DNA of 64,000 nt from Pelagomonas calceolata (lineage: Eukaryota): NCBI GenBank assembly GCA_918797485.1, contig CAKKNE010000001.1, positions 1,240,001-1,304,000 on the forward strand, read 5' to 3'. Below the pieces are notes generated by a model that was given only the letters and a program-made list of their open reading frames with translations, made no database searches and was not told the origin of the DNA. Below are positions 51,921-61,645 of the stretch, piece after piece (position 1 is the stretch's first letter; each line of letters starts with the position of its first letter). Both the position numbers and the translations under genes were made by a program.

Positions 51921-52181
51921 TGTGGCGTTTTGCTAGAACGTCTCGTTGTTTGCGTTGCTCTTGGGGAGCAGCCCTTTGCGACGCTCACGCGGCGGAGGCG
52001 TACCGCGCTGCGGCTGCGAGATCCAGAGTGCTCTCAGAGTGCAGGATGCTTGTGGTGCTTCCAGCGAGAAATGGATGTCCCACTGGCGAGAGTGCGCTCG
52101 CGCAGCCAAGTTATAAAGCAAAAAAATGTATTCTTGCGGTAAGCCAAGATCACCCCTTTTTTGCTATAGCTTAATTATCGT

Positions 52182-52204
52182 GCTAGTGTCTTACAGACGC
52201 TAGC
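52182..52204 (+). promoter_or_regulatory. GCTAG-box element
   Basis: GCTAGTGTCTTACAGACGCTAGC, about 260 bp upstream of minus-strand ATG 51920. Confidence 0.75.
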
Positions 52205-52431
52205 TTGGTAGCACCGCACCACTCATTCATTCGAAGCCGTCGGACGATCGGAAATATGGTATACTTGCGTATCAAGTCTTCAGCGTGTTGATACGGTCGC
52301 CGATTCATTCCCGACGCCGACTCAGGCCCGTGGCTCCTAAAAGGGGGTCCCAGCTGTCCAGAGGTACAAGGGGGGGCTCCGGAAGCCGGGGGCGATTTGG
52401 CGACGGGCGACTTGTGTCAGTGGTGGGGCAG

Positions 52432-53949
52432 CTAGGCGAGGAGCCCCGCGGCGAGCGCGGCGCCGAAGGCGAGCGTCTGCGCCGCGGCGCCGTCGCTAGC
52501 GAGGTTTCCACAGACGTTGTTCACTGTGGTATCAATGAGCATGAAGCACATGTACTCGATGTTCGTGTTTGTGCCGGTGACCTCCGTGTAACCAGACGAC
52601 CAGTACGACCAGCACGAATCCGCGGCGGCAGCGCCCTTTGAGTAGACGCAGCCGCCCGCGGTGTTGCAGTCTGCCTCGGCGGTCCCGCTCGCGGCAGTGA
52701 ACGCCGACTCGCAGGTGCCGGGACCGGCAGACGCCGGCTCCACGCACGTCGGGTTCGCTTCCCATCCGATGCCCTCGTGGATGGTCGGACCGAACATCGT
52801 GCACCACCCGCCGGGCTTGTGGTGGTACGCCTGGCAGCGCCCGGGGGCGATCGCGTTCTCGGCAGCGCAGCCGGCCTCGCACTCCGCCTGCGTCATCTCG
52901 CAGGCGGGCTGGTCCGTGCCGCCGCACTCTTTCTTGGTGCCATCCTCGTTGCAGCTCTTCGAGTACTTCTGGTTAGTGCTTACCTGGCCGCCCGACGAAT
53001 CCTGGCCGCGGCACGCGCCCGACTGGCCCTCTTGGTAAACGTTGTCGCAGTGGAGCGCGTCGCCCGGGTGCGGTGTCGCAGGAGTCTCCATTTTCGGCGC
53101 CGCCGTGTAGACGCACCCTGCGGCTGTGTCGCAGGCGGACTCCTCCTTGCCGCCGGCTTCGAAGTCGCGCTCGCAGCCGCAGTAGTGCCACTCCGAGCAG
53201 TCGTCGACGTGGGCGTTGCAGCACCACGCTTCCGAGTCGTCGCTATTGCACGGCGTCGCCGGGCAGCCCTCGATGTTCACGCAGCCGCTCACGCTCGTGT
53301 CGGTCCAGTTGGCGGCGCACTCTTTGTAACCAGCATGATTGCCAGCAGGAGATGCGTGCGAGTCGCCGTTGACGCAAGTCGCATCGTGGTCGTCAGGATC
53401 AATATCGAAGCACGTATAGTCCGCGTTGCCATTCCCCGCGGCGATGTGCGTCGTCGGGTGTGAGTCGCCCTCCCAGCCGTTGTCGGAGGTAGCGGTCCAC
53501 ACGGTGGTAGCGGATTTCGTCCAAGTGCCGCCCAGGTTCGTGCAGGCCTCCTCGACGCCCAGGCAGTACGTCCCGCTGTCCGCGCATGCAACACTGGCTA
53601 TCGAGCACGTGCCCTTCGCCTCGCACTTCTCTTGCGTGTCCAGCGCGGCGTCCGAACACGTCCCGGCGAGACCCGGTCCGTGGATGAGGCAGTACGCCGA
53701 CGCCACGTCGCTGGCGCCGGTCTGGTACGCGTAGCCGAGGCACGTGCTGATGCTGTCGCACTCGGTCTCGCACTCCGCTTGCGTAAGGCCCAGCTTGTAC
53801 TTGCTGTTGACCTTATCGCTACTCCCGCCGTTGCCACGGCACGCGCCGGCCTCGGCAATCGCTGTGTACTTGTCCGTGTTAATCGGGTCGGCCGCCGCTG
53901 CCGTGCCGGCCGCGAGCGCGAGGACGACGAGGGCAGCTTTGCTGGCCAT
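52432..53949 (-). CDS. Cys-rich, probably GPI-anchored surface protein with two PAN/apple-like repeats
   Basis: Signal peptide; two GACRG...N.KY...TQAECE..C...C..Y...C...GP units; C-terminal SDGAA followed by a hydrophobic tail. Confidence 0.78.
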   Translation of the reverse strand: MASKAALVVLALAAGTAAAADPINTDKYTAIAEAGACRGNGGSSDKVNSKYKLGLTQAECETECDSISTCLGYAYQTGASDVASAYCLIHGPGLAGTCSDAALDTQEKCEAKGTCSIASVACADSGTYCLGVEEACTNLGGTWTKSATTVWTATSDNGWEGDSHPTTHIAAGNGNADYTCFDIDPDDHDATCVNGDSHASPAGNHAGYKECAANWTDTSVSGCVNIEGCPATPCNSDDSEAWCCNAHVDDCSEWHYCGCERDFEAGGKEESACDTAAGCVYTAAPKMETPATPHPGDALHCDNVYQEGQSGACRGQDSSGGQVSTNQKYSKSCNEDGTKKECGGTDQPACEMTQAECEAGCAAENAIAPGRCQAYHHKPGGWCTMFGPTIHEGIGWEANPTCVEPASAGPGTCESAFTAASGTAEADCNTAGGCVYSKGAAAADSCWSYWSSGYTEVTGTNTNIEYMCFMLIDTTVNNVCGNLASDGAAAQTLAFGAALAAGLLA

Positions 53950-54456
53950 ATTTCTCTTGTTGGGGCAGCTCTTTTGGTAAATTGGGCAGCTGTTTTGGCT
54001 AGAAACAGCCGGATCGCGCATATCGGCTCCGAATTTGGCCCCCCACGTGCAGAGCTGAAGTTGATGGAATCGCGAGGACGGCTGGAGACCTGCTATTTGT
54101 ACCTCCTATTTGTAACTTTTCCCTCAGAGGCACTAGCTGGAGGGGCATTAGATATAAATATATTTATATCTATTATATTATACATATCTATTGACTCTAA
54201 GAGACGGGCGTCTATCCTGCACGTGCATGAAGTCGGAGGCCACCAGTAAATGCGCGCTTGAGTATACTGCACTGAGCAAAACAAATATATTTCAATTGCA
54301 TTTTGAAAAATAGGGTATTACGACCTTGCTCGAGCATCGAGATGCTCGTATTATAGGCCAAAACCCGAGTAACAGCTACTACAGCTCGTATTATAGGCAG
54401 CCCCCCGTCGCTTCCTGCTGTCCTACTCACCACGGGGCAGCCGCAACGCTCGTGCG

Positions 54457-55641
54457 ATGGCTCGCTGCGTCGCCACGCTCCTTAGCTGCTGCTTCGCCGC
54501 CGCCGCCGCGACACAAGGTGTCCCATTGGAAATCGTCCTGTCTGCGGTGGTTTTCGATGGCACCGCAACCATGGATCTGAATGGCCCAGACAACGACGCC
54601 GTGCAGTGCTTACGGGCCGCCATCGTGGCCGTGCTCCGAGAGGAATACAGTTCTGCGTTCGTCTCCGGTGTCACCGCGACATCCTACGTGGCGGACGGCT
54701 CCACGAACACAAAAGTGACATTTCGCGTTGCCGACAAGGGCATCAACGCGGAGTACGTTCGGGACGACCTCCTGTCCGCCGTGGTGGAACCATCCAACTC
54801 GGACTCGAAGCTGATGCTGTCGCTGGGCGACTGCTGGCCCTACGACAAGGTCGACGCGGAGGCGGCGAGTCACGTCCTACAGACCGAGACGTACCGCCGC
54901 GCCGGCTTCGCCGACGTGGGCGCCGTGGTCTCGAGCGCGGTCGTCATGGACAGATTTACCGCGTCCTACTTCAACGCAGACGCGGTCTCAGTGGCGCAAT
55001 TTGGCGTCGTCGTCGCGGACGTCCTGCGCGCGGCGACGGTCCAGATCGACAACGTCGTGGCCGTGAATTTCTACGGTCTGGACGAAGGGAATGATGGTGT
55101 AGACGCCATACATTCGGGGACCGTAGCCCGAGGTTCGGTCATCCACTTCGACGTGGCCATTCACTACTGGCCTGCCGGCGCGACCGTTTTGGAGACGCCG
55201 GAGGCCATCGCCCAGGCGCTGCTCGACGCCCTGGTCGCCCCAACGCCGACAGCGTTCCAGAAAGCGCTCGATATCTACGGAACGGACCCGCAATTCTGCG
55301 ACGGCTGTGTCCTCTCTTCGGGAGTTCTGAACGTGGCCGCGTCCCAATTTTATATCGACGAAGTCACAATGGACGGGTCGCACGCGGTCACCTCGCCGCC
55401 CGTCCCCTGCACAGCGAACTGCGGCGGCCGCGACGGCGACGACGGACTGGACGAGGGCGAGGCCGCGGCCGTGGCGATCTTCGTCATCCTCGCCGTCGTC
55501 GGCGTCGCCGGCCTGATCTTCTGGCTCTACCGCAGCAACAAGCTCCGGGAGTGCTGTCCCTCCGAGGAGGTCGAGGCCAGCGCCGGTGAGCTCGAGCTCG
55601 ACAAGGTCTCCTCCTCCGCGACAAAGACGGAGATGGTGTAG
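54457..55641 (+). CDS. Type I membrane protein of unknown function
   Basis: Signal peptide, two similar ectodomain halves (V.SAVV.D), TM helix AVAIFVILAVVGVAGLIFWL, short cytoplasmic tail. Confidence 0.75.
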   Translation: MARCVATLLSCCFAAAAATQGVPLEIVLSAVVFDGTATMDLNGPDNDAVQCLRAAIVAVLREEYSSAFVSGVTATSYVADGSTNTKVTFRVADKGINAEYVRDDLLSAVVEPSNSDSKLMLSLGDCWPYDKVDAEAASHVLQTETYRRAGFADVGAVVSSAVVMDRFTASYFNADAVSVAQFGVVVADVLRAATVQIDNVVAVNFYGLDEGNDGVDAIHSGTVARGSVIHFDVAIHYWPAGATVLETPEAIAQALLDALVAPTPTAFQKALDIYGTDPQFCDGCVLSSGVLNVAASQFYIDEVTMDGSHAVTSPPVPCTANCGGRDGDDGLDEGEAAAVAIFVILAVVGVAGLIFWLYRSNKLRECCPSEEVEASAGELELDKVSSSATKTEMV

Positions 55642-55679
55642 TCGCGGGCTTGTGGGATTTTCCAAGCCCACATACATCC

Positions 55680-56190
55680 TTGTAAAATGTTGTCCGACGC
55701 CAAGTCATCTACTAGTACGGTATGGGGACTTGTTCCTCGGAGTGTGGAACTTGGCGACATATACCAAGACGAGGTGCTCGACCATCATACGAAGAATCGT
55801 ATGGAATTAACGCAAAATCATTTTGATTAATTGACTTATAAGACTCTTTCATTTTCTCAGAAAACTCATCACATGTCTCATGAATGTCCGAACAACCTCG
55901 CGTACAACAAAATGTCCAAGAAAATGCTTTTAATTTTGCAACGTAGACAAACATGTGGGGGTACTCTTTGGATATCTTCGCTATTCCACGTTGACCATCT
56001 AGATAACAACAGTCGATGTCGTCGGGAAGATTCTGCAAAGTTTCTTCGTCGTTAACGTTACCGTATACTAACTTCGGTTTAGGAGTCAAATCCGGCGCGT
56101 TCCATTTAATATGTTCTCGGAGGCTAAAAAACCCGTTATGAATGCCTCGGGAGGCGCGGTCTCGACGCGGCAGGATAAAATAGGAACCGG
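55680..56190 (-). other. Low-GC island containing an orphan Cys-containing ORF (55712..56203, no clear ATG)
   Basis: Visibly AT-rich relative to the flanks; open minus-strand frame of about 150 codons. Confidence 0.45.
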
Positions 56191-56196
56191 ACCTAG

Positions 56197-56583
56197 TTAG
56201 CATATCGCCCCCGCCAATAACCTCCTGTCGCCCTCGGGGAGCCGCGCGGCCGCCGCCGCGAGCGCGCGCCAGCCCTCGGGCTCGGCGATGAACGTCTTGT
56301 GGTAGACGTAGACGAAGAGCGCCATGATGAACTCGCAGTCCACGCGATCCGTGACGCCGCCGTGGCCCGGGATCAAAGAGTCGAAGTCCTTCACCTCGTA
56401 CGCGCGCTTGATCGCCGAGGCCAGGAAGCCGCCGAACGGCGCGACGACCGACGCGAAGAGCCCGAAGACCACGGCGTGGAGCTGGATCGGGCTCACATCA
56501 TGTAAAGTGATGAAACCGAGCTTCATCTCGCGCTGCGTCCGGAAGACGGCCGCCGGCTCGCACGCGAGCGGCTCGTGGAAGCT
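56197..56583 (-). pseudogene. 5'-truncated phosphatidate cytidylyltransferase (CDP-DAG synthase) fragment
   Basis: PIQLHA..GLFASVVAPFGGFLASAIKRAY.VKDFDSLIPGHGGVTDRVDC signature; no room upstream for the missing N-terminal majority. Confidence 0.75.
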
Positions 56584-56662
56584 AACGGTACGGGGCATTT
56601 TGAGCCATCTCCAGAGTTCGGCGGCGTGTCTCCAACCTGGTTCTGTTCCTCAGGTCCCCAGC

Positions 56663-56956
56663 ATGAATCGTTTCCTCGTCGCCCTCGCGTTCGCCGCGGC
56701 CGTCCCGTCCGTCAGCGGCTTCGGCGGCTACTCGGGATGTGATGGTTACTACGACGGCACGTTTTGTCCCGCCCCTGACGGTACATGGCCTCAGTTTGGG
56801 GTTGACGGTCTTTTCGGCCCCTGTCATTACTACTTCGAATGTGTTGGTGGAGAGGTTACAACGTGGTATGGGGGATGCCCGGAGGAAAAACCGTTTTTCG
56901 ATCCCGACACTTTAGAATGTGTCGAATATACTGGCCAAGAATGTCCATGTCCTTGA
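56663..56956 (+). CDS. Small secreted chitin-binding (peritrophin-A/CBM14-like) protein
   Basis: Signal peptide MNRFLVALAFAAA; FCP..DG.......C.YYFEC..G......CP...FFDP.TLEC......C. Confidence 0.72.
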   Translation: MNRFLVALAFAAAVPSVSGFGGYSGCDGYYDGTFCPAPDGTWPQFGVDGLFGPCHYYFECVGGEVTTWYGGCPEEKPFFDPDTLECVEYTGQECPCP

Positions 56957-57124
56957 GATGTGTCGGGCCGGCCACGCAAAAAGACGGGCAGCGCGTCGTC
57001 GACATCTGCCACTGCTACTTACCCCTTCCCCTCTGCTGCATATAACGATCTCGTTGTCCTGAACCTTAGACACGAAAGCTTAAGAGAGAGGGGAAAGACC
57101 CAACACGGGTCGAGAGGAACACAC

Positions 57125-58900
57125 CTAGTTCGCCACCAGACACTTGGCGAGCGGCTTGTACTGGACCGTGCCGAAGCCCGTCGCCGCGTCCCAGCCTTTG
57201 GCGGCGGGGAAGCCGCCCACGATGCCGCCCGACGTTTTTCCAGTGGTCACGTCGTTGAAGACGCCCTCGCCGCACTTGTAGAGCGCGGGGTTCAGCCATC
57301 CTAATGGAGACTTGCCCGCTGATAAGCGGCGGTCGTTGATCTGTGCAATAATACCGGCGACGACGGGCGACGCCGCACTCGTCCCTCCGACGGACGCGAA
57401 GCGCTTGCCGCCCTCCAACGCGACCAGGTAGGCGTTCACCACTCCAGCTAAAGCTGATAAATCAGGATAGGCGCGCGACGACGCGTTGTAGACGTGGGGG
57501 AACTTCGGGAGAGAGCCCTTCGCCTCCGCGAGGTACTTCTCGACGTACGAATCCTGCCACTTCGGACGCGTAAAGTCGTTCGAGAAGCCGCTGCCGCCGT
57601 CGGGCCACGTCGTCTCCTCGCCGATCGTGCCCTTCTCCTTGAAATCGGTACCTCCCACAGCGGTAACATAAGGGCTTCCGGCCGGGAAATCCGGGTGGTA
57701 TTTGGTACCAACACCTTCGCGGCCCCAGACGCCTTGATCTCCTGCAGCAAACAAGATGGTGACTCCTGTCGCCGACAGCTTGGCAAAAGCAGTATTGACG
57801 GAGTCCATGTACGCTCGACCCGTCTGCTGCGCCTCGTCGTTGCCGTAGGAGACGGAGTGGACCGGCGGCACGCCATCTTTCGAAAGTAACTGGTTCGCCC
57901 AGCTCAGCAAAGAGTAGTCCGTGGCGTAGTACACTTTTAGAGGTATGGCGCCCGCGACCGCGCCGGCGTACTCGATATCTAACAGAGATTCCACACAGCC
58001 CTGGAAGCCGCCAGAGCAGGCCTTGGGGTCGTTGCCCCCTTCTACTTTGCTGACAGTGACGTTCGTCTGGAGCTTGCACGCCTTCGTGAAGGCTTCGAGA
58101 TCAGGGTCGTCGTAGTACTGCCTTTGGAACTCGGCCAGACCCAGCGAGTTGCCCTTGGCGTGCGAGAGTTTCGGGAACTCGAAGCCGTAGCGCTCGGCCA
58201 GCACGTGGGGGTTCACGAAACCGGAGTACGATGAACCGCACTTCGTCCAGGCCGAGTCGTCGTCGACCGCCTCCGTAGGATGGGCCTCCTGTACTAAAGC
58301 AGCGGGCTTCAGGCGCGGGAATCTTACTAAGTCGCCGACCACCGACACGTGCTTCGCGACTTCCGTGGGTAGCGAGTACGCCTTGACCGCACGAATGACT
58401 TGCGCGTTGCGCTCCGTGTGGCCGTGGTGGTGTAATACGGTAGCGAGGTGCTCCTCCACACTCTTGGCCGGGACGGTCGTCGAGACGACGGACTCGAACT
58501 TGTCGACTGCCGGTACGCCGCCCATGCTCTCGACGAAGTTTTTGACGGCCTCGAGGGCATCCGCCGAGGGCTTGAGGCGCGCCTTCACGCCCTCCACATC
58601 TAACCACTTCCCGTAGTTGGGCGAGGCCGGGTCGCTGCGGTCCGTCAGGTCGGCGTGGAACTTGGCGAACTGGTAGGGACAGTGCTTGAGGAAGAAGGTG
58701 AGAGTAACAGGCTCGTCGCCCTTCACGCGTTCGCCGCGGGCCCAGCGCGGCGCCTCGAAGACGGTCACGTCTTGCTCCATGATGGTGCGCGGGGCCTCTT
58801 TGGCCTCCACGGGGGTGCGCGGGGCCTTTTTGGCCTCCAGGGAGACGGCGGTCGCCGCGCTTGCCCCGAGGACGAAGATGAGGGCGCTCCGGAAGAACAT
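57125..58900 (-). CDS. TPP1: Tripeptidyl-peptidase I / sedolisin (S53) serine protease
   Basis: Propeptide SDPASPNYGKWL; ESLLDIEY (ExxxD), SVSYG, AAGDQG, FPAGSPYVTAVGGT, RAYPD, GGTSAASP, GWDAATGFG. Confidence 0.94.
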   Translation of the reverse strand: MFFRSALIFVLGASAATAVSLEAKKAPRTPVEAKEAPRTIMEQDVTVFEAPRWARGERVKGDEPVTLTFFLKHCPYQFAKFHADLTDRSDPASPNYGKWLDVEGVKARLKPSADALEAVKNFVESMGGVPAVDKFESVVSTTVPAKSVEEHLATVLHHHGHTERNAQVIRAVKAYSLPTEVAKHVSVVGDLVRFPRLKPAALVQEAHPTEAVDDDSAWTKCGSSYSGFVNPHVLAERYGFEFPKLSHAKGNSLGLAEFQRQYYDDPDLEAFTKACKLQTNVTVSKVEGGNDPKACSGGFQGCVESLLDIEYAGAVAGAIPLKVYYATDYSLLSWANQLLSKDGVPPVHSVSYGNDEAQQTGRAYMDSVNTAFAKLSATGVTILFAAGDQGVWGREGVGTKYHPDFPAGSPYVTAVGGTDFKEKGTIGEETTWPDGGSGFSNDFTRPKWQDSYVEKYLAEAKGSLPKFPHVYNASSRAYPDLSALAGVVNAYLVALEGGKRFASVGGTSAASPVVAGIIAQINDRRLSAGKSPLGWLNPALYKCGEGVFNDVTTGKTSGGIVGGFPAAKGWDAATGFGTVQYKPLAKCLVAN

Positions 58901-59052
58901 GCTGTGAGAGCTTGAAGTGGCGAGTGAAGACCGTAGAGCTGCAGCGCGGCTGCGGCGGCGTAAAAAGGGAGGTCTTGCTCTTACCTGGGAGTCCGCGCGG
59001 TGCTTCTAACACAGCGTTTAGCGTCCAGGTCAAAGCCGTGACTATTTTGCTT

Positions 59053-59076
59053 GCTAGTGTGTTACATTACGCTAGC
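59053..59076 (+). promoter_or_regulatory. GCTAG-box element
   Basis: GCTAGTGTGTTACATTACGCTAGC between divergent TPP1 and TIM-barrel genes. Confidence 0.75.
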
Positions 59077-59195
59077 TCTTCGCTGCCAAAACGCCGGTAG
59101 TCCCGTGGTCTAGCATCATTGCTGCGCTGCACCTGGTCAAAAGCAAAGCCACAACACATATCTTGCGGGCTGTAGCTCACACAAGCCAAGCATCG

Positions 59196-59999
59196 ATGGC
59201 TTTACGAGTCTTCGCCTCCGCCTGGGGCAACGCGACGCACTGGGGAAGCCTGCGGCGGCTCATGGACGGCCTGCAGTTCAAAGGCTTCGCGGGGCTGGAG
59301 GCGTCGCTCAGCGACTTAGGGGATGACGCCGACGCGCGCGCGGCGACGGCGCAGCAGGCGCGGGACCGAGGTTTAGAGTTGATCGTGGGCCTCTACAGCC
59401 ACTGGACCGACTACGAAGGCACGTGGGCGGCGGCGGACCCGGCGGAGCACCTCGACCAATTGCGGAGGCAGGTCGACGCCTGCGCCGCGCTGGAACCAAT
59501 GCATATAAACGTCCATGCCGGCTGTGACTCGTGGCCCGAGGACGTCTCGACGCGATTCTTCGAGGACGCGCAATCTATAGTCCCGGCAAACGCCTCCTTT
59601 GAGACGCATCGGGGGCGCCCGCTGGGCCACGCGTTCCAGTGCGAGCGGATCCTGGACGCCGTGCCCGGCCTGCGCCTCACGGCGGACCCGTCGCACTGGC
59701 ACGTCGTCCACGAGCGCTTCCTCGACATGGACGCCGTCGCGGGACGCGTCGACCACGTCCATGCCCGCGTCGGCAACGAGGAGCGGCCGCAGCTCGCGGC
59801 GCCGTTCGACGACGCCGCCGCCGACTGGCACGTCGCGTTCTGGCGGAAATGCTGGGACGCGGGCGCGCGCACGGCGTGCGTCGAATACGGCCCCGCGCCC
59901 TATCAGCTGACCGGTGACTTCCGGGACCTCTGGCTCCAGAACTGCGCCGCGAAGGACCATATCGAGGAGGCGTTCGCCGCGTGGGAGAGGGGGTCGTAG
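59196..59999 (+). CDS. Xylose-isomerase-like TIM-barrel protein (sugar phosphate isomerase/epimerase family)
   Basis: F.GLE, INVHAGCDSW, FETHRGR, LTADPSHW.VVHER, HVHARVG...PQ, EYGP.PY. Confidence 0.85.
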   Translation: MALRVFASAWGNATHWGSLRRLMDGLQFKGFAGLEASLSDLGDDADARAATAQQARDRGLELIVGLYSHWTDYEGTWAAADPAEHLDQLRRQVDACAALEPMHINVHAGCDSWPEDVSTRFFEDAQSIVPANASFETHRGRPLGHAFQCERILDAVPGLRLTADPSHWHVVHERFLDMDAVAGRVDHVHARVGNEERPQLAAPFDDAAADWHVAFWRKCWDAGARTACVEYGPAPYQLTGDFRDLWLQNCAAKDHIEEAFAAWERGS

Positions 60000-60019
60000 T
60001 TTTGTAATTGTGACAAAAA

Positions 60020-61474
60020 TTACCAGAGCAACAACATCCTCCCTTCGCGCGACGGCGGGGCCGTCGGGTCCCTCAAAATACGCGGGACGGGCCCGTAGAG
60101 CGCCGCCAGGCAGGCTTGCGCCTCGGCGTTTCCGCTTCGCGCGAAGAAGCCGGCCGCGGCCGAGGGGTCCGGCACGAGCCCCGGCGCGCCCAGGAACAAG
60201 CGCCCGAGGGCGCAGTACGCCACCGCCGCGCCACCGTTCGCCACGGCGCGCCGCAGAAGCTTCAGCGCCTCGCGCGAGGACGACGCCGTCTTCGCCAGGT
60301 CCACGCACGCGGCCGCGTGGCCCGACGCCGCGGCCATGGCGAGGTATCTGTCTGATTCGCCGGCGAGGTACAGAGAGTACGCACTCGACGCGTCGCCCGC
60401 GGAAGCACCTTTCTTGAGCCAGCGCGTCGCGGCGGCCCGATCCTCGCGGACGCCCTCGCCTCTCATCAGACACCGCGCGTAGTAGCGGCAGGCGTTGCCC
60501 TTGCCTCTTTGAGCCGCCTCGCGCCAGCACGCCGCGGCACCCGCGAGGTCGCCGGAGTTGTACCTTAACACGCCCACGTTTAGCATAGCGTCGGCCGAGC
60601 CAGCCGTGGCTGCGCGCTCGTGGCCGTCGGCGGCGCGTTGCGCGAGCTCCGCGGCCTTCAGCTCGAGGGCCTCGGCCGCCGCGAAGCCACCGCGGCCTCG
60701 TTCCGCGCGGGCCGCCTCCGCCGTGCGTGCCGCCTCGCTGGCGTCCCGGCTGGCCACGTTGTAGAGCGCGTCGGCCTCGCCGCGGTCCGCCGCCTCCTTG
60801 TGCCACGGCGGGATCGTCGACGTTCGTCTACGTCGAAAACGGTGCGCACGCGGCGTGAACCACAATACCAGAGAGTAGCGCGCCCCGCTGAACACGCGGA
60901 CGCCGTGGCGCAGGTCGTGGCCGTGGCAGAACGCGTCTCCCACGTCCAGTGACGCGTAGCGCGCCGAGGCCGCGTCGGAGGTGGGTTGCGCGTAATAGCC
61001 GCCGACGTAGTCGTCCGGGGCGCAGAGCGAGACGACGACGGTGGCAGTGGCGTGCGCGTCGAAGTGCGCGGGGTGCTCCCGTCGTTCCGTCGGCAGATAA
61101 CGCCGTATCAGTGCTTGCGAGAGCTCCAGACTGGAGCAGTCGAAGCGCTTCCGCAGGTACGGCAGCAGTCTTTCCGTCACGACCGGCTCGAGCACGCGGC
61201 AGACGGACGTCGCGACGGGCTGGCCGCCGTCGAACACGGCACACTCGAACGTCGGCAGGCGGTCGACGGTGTCCGGGTCGCGCGCGAACTGCGCGGTCGG
61301 GTCGCTTTCTGCTAACCGTCGCACGAGCGTCGCCTGGTCCCGGGAGAGCAGGCGCGGTAGGAGGTAGGCGCGCTTCGGCAGGCGCGCGCGCCGCTCATGC
61401 ATGCCGTCCACACATGCCGGCGCGTCGAAGGCGATGCGCGGCAGCGACTCGGTTTTTGCTGGACTGCTGGACAT
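60020..61474 (-). CDS. 2OG-Fe(II) oxygenase (lysyl-hydroxylase-like) fused to Sel1 repeats
   Basis: DTVD.LPTFE, IRRY...RREHPAHFD, HGV.V.SG.RYSLVLWF; Sel1 units (AMLNVGVL, GEGVRED..AA..WL). Confidence 0.82.
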   Translation of the reverse strand: MSSSPAKTESLPRIAFDAPACVDGMHERRARLPKRAYLLPRLLSRDQATLVRRLAESDPTAQFARDPDTVDRLPTFECAVFDGGQPVATSVCRVLEPVVTERLLPYLRKRFDCSSLELSQALIRRYLPTERREHPAHFDAHATATVVVSLCAPDDYVGGYYAQPTSDAASARYASLDVGDAFCHGHDLRHGVRVFSGARYSLVLWFTPRAHRFRRRRTSTIPPWHKEAADRGEADALYNVASRDASEAARTAEAARAERGRGGFAAAEALELKAAELAQRAADGHERAATAGSADAMLNVGVLRYNSGDLAGAAACWREAAQRGKGNACRYYARCLMRGEGVREDRAAATRWLKKGASAGDASSAYSLYLAGESDRYLAMAAASGHAAACVDLAKTASSSREALKLLRRAVANGGAAVAYCALGRLFLGAPGLVPDPSAAAGFFARSGNAEAQACLAALYGPVPRILRDPTAPPSREGRMLLLW

Positions 61475-61645
61475 CCTCCTGGTGCTCCCGGCAGTAAGCA
61501 GTAAGGCGTCTCTGTCCCCACTGCAAAACCAGTGCAATTCGTTTGGCACGCGTTTAGCTACAAACTTCTGGAACGCAGCAGTAATGGGGCTGCCTCTGCG
61601 GTCTAATACCTTGGAGCTCGAACGATCGCGAGAGGCTGCCTGCTT

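Noticed and set aside
56140..56197. Helitron 3' end (hairpin + CTAG|T) bounding the low-GC island
   Set aside because: Hairpins are short and more than 20 bp from the CTAG, no matching 5' end was identified, and CTAG is common in these intergenic regions
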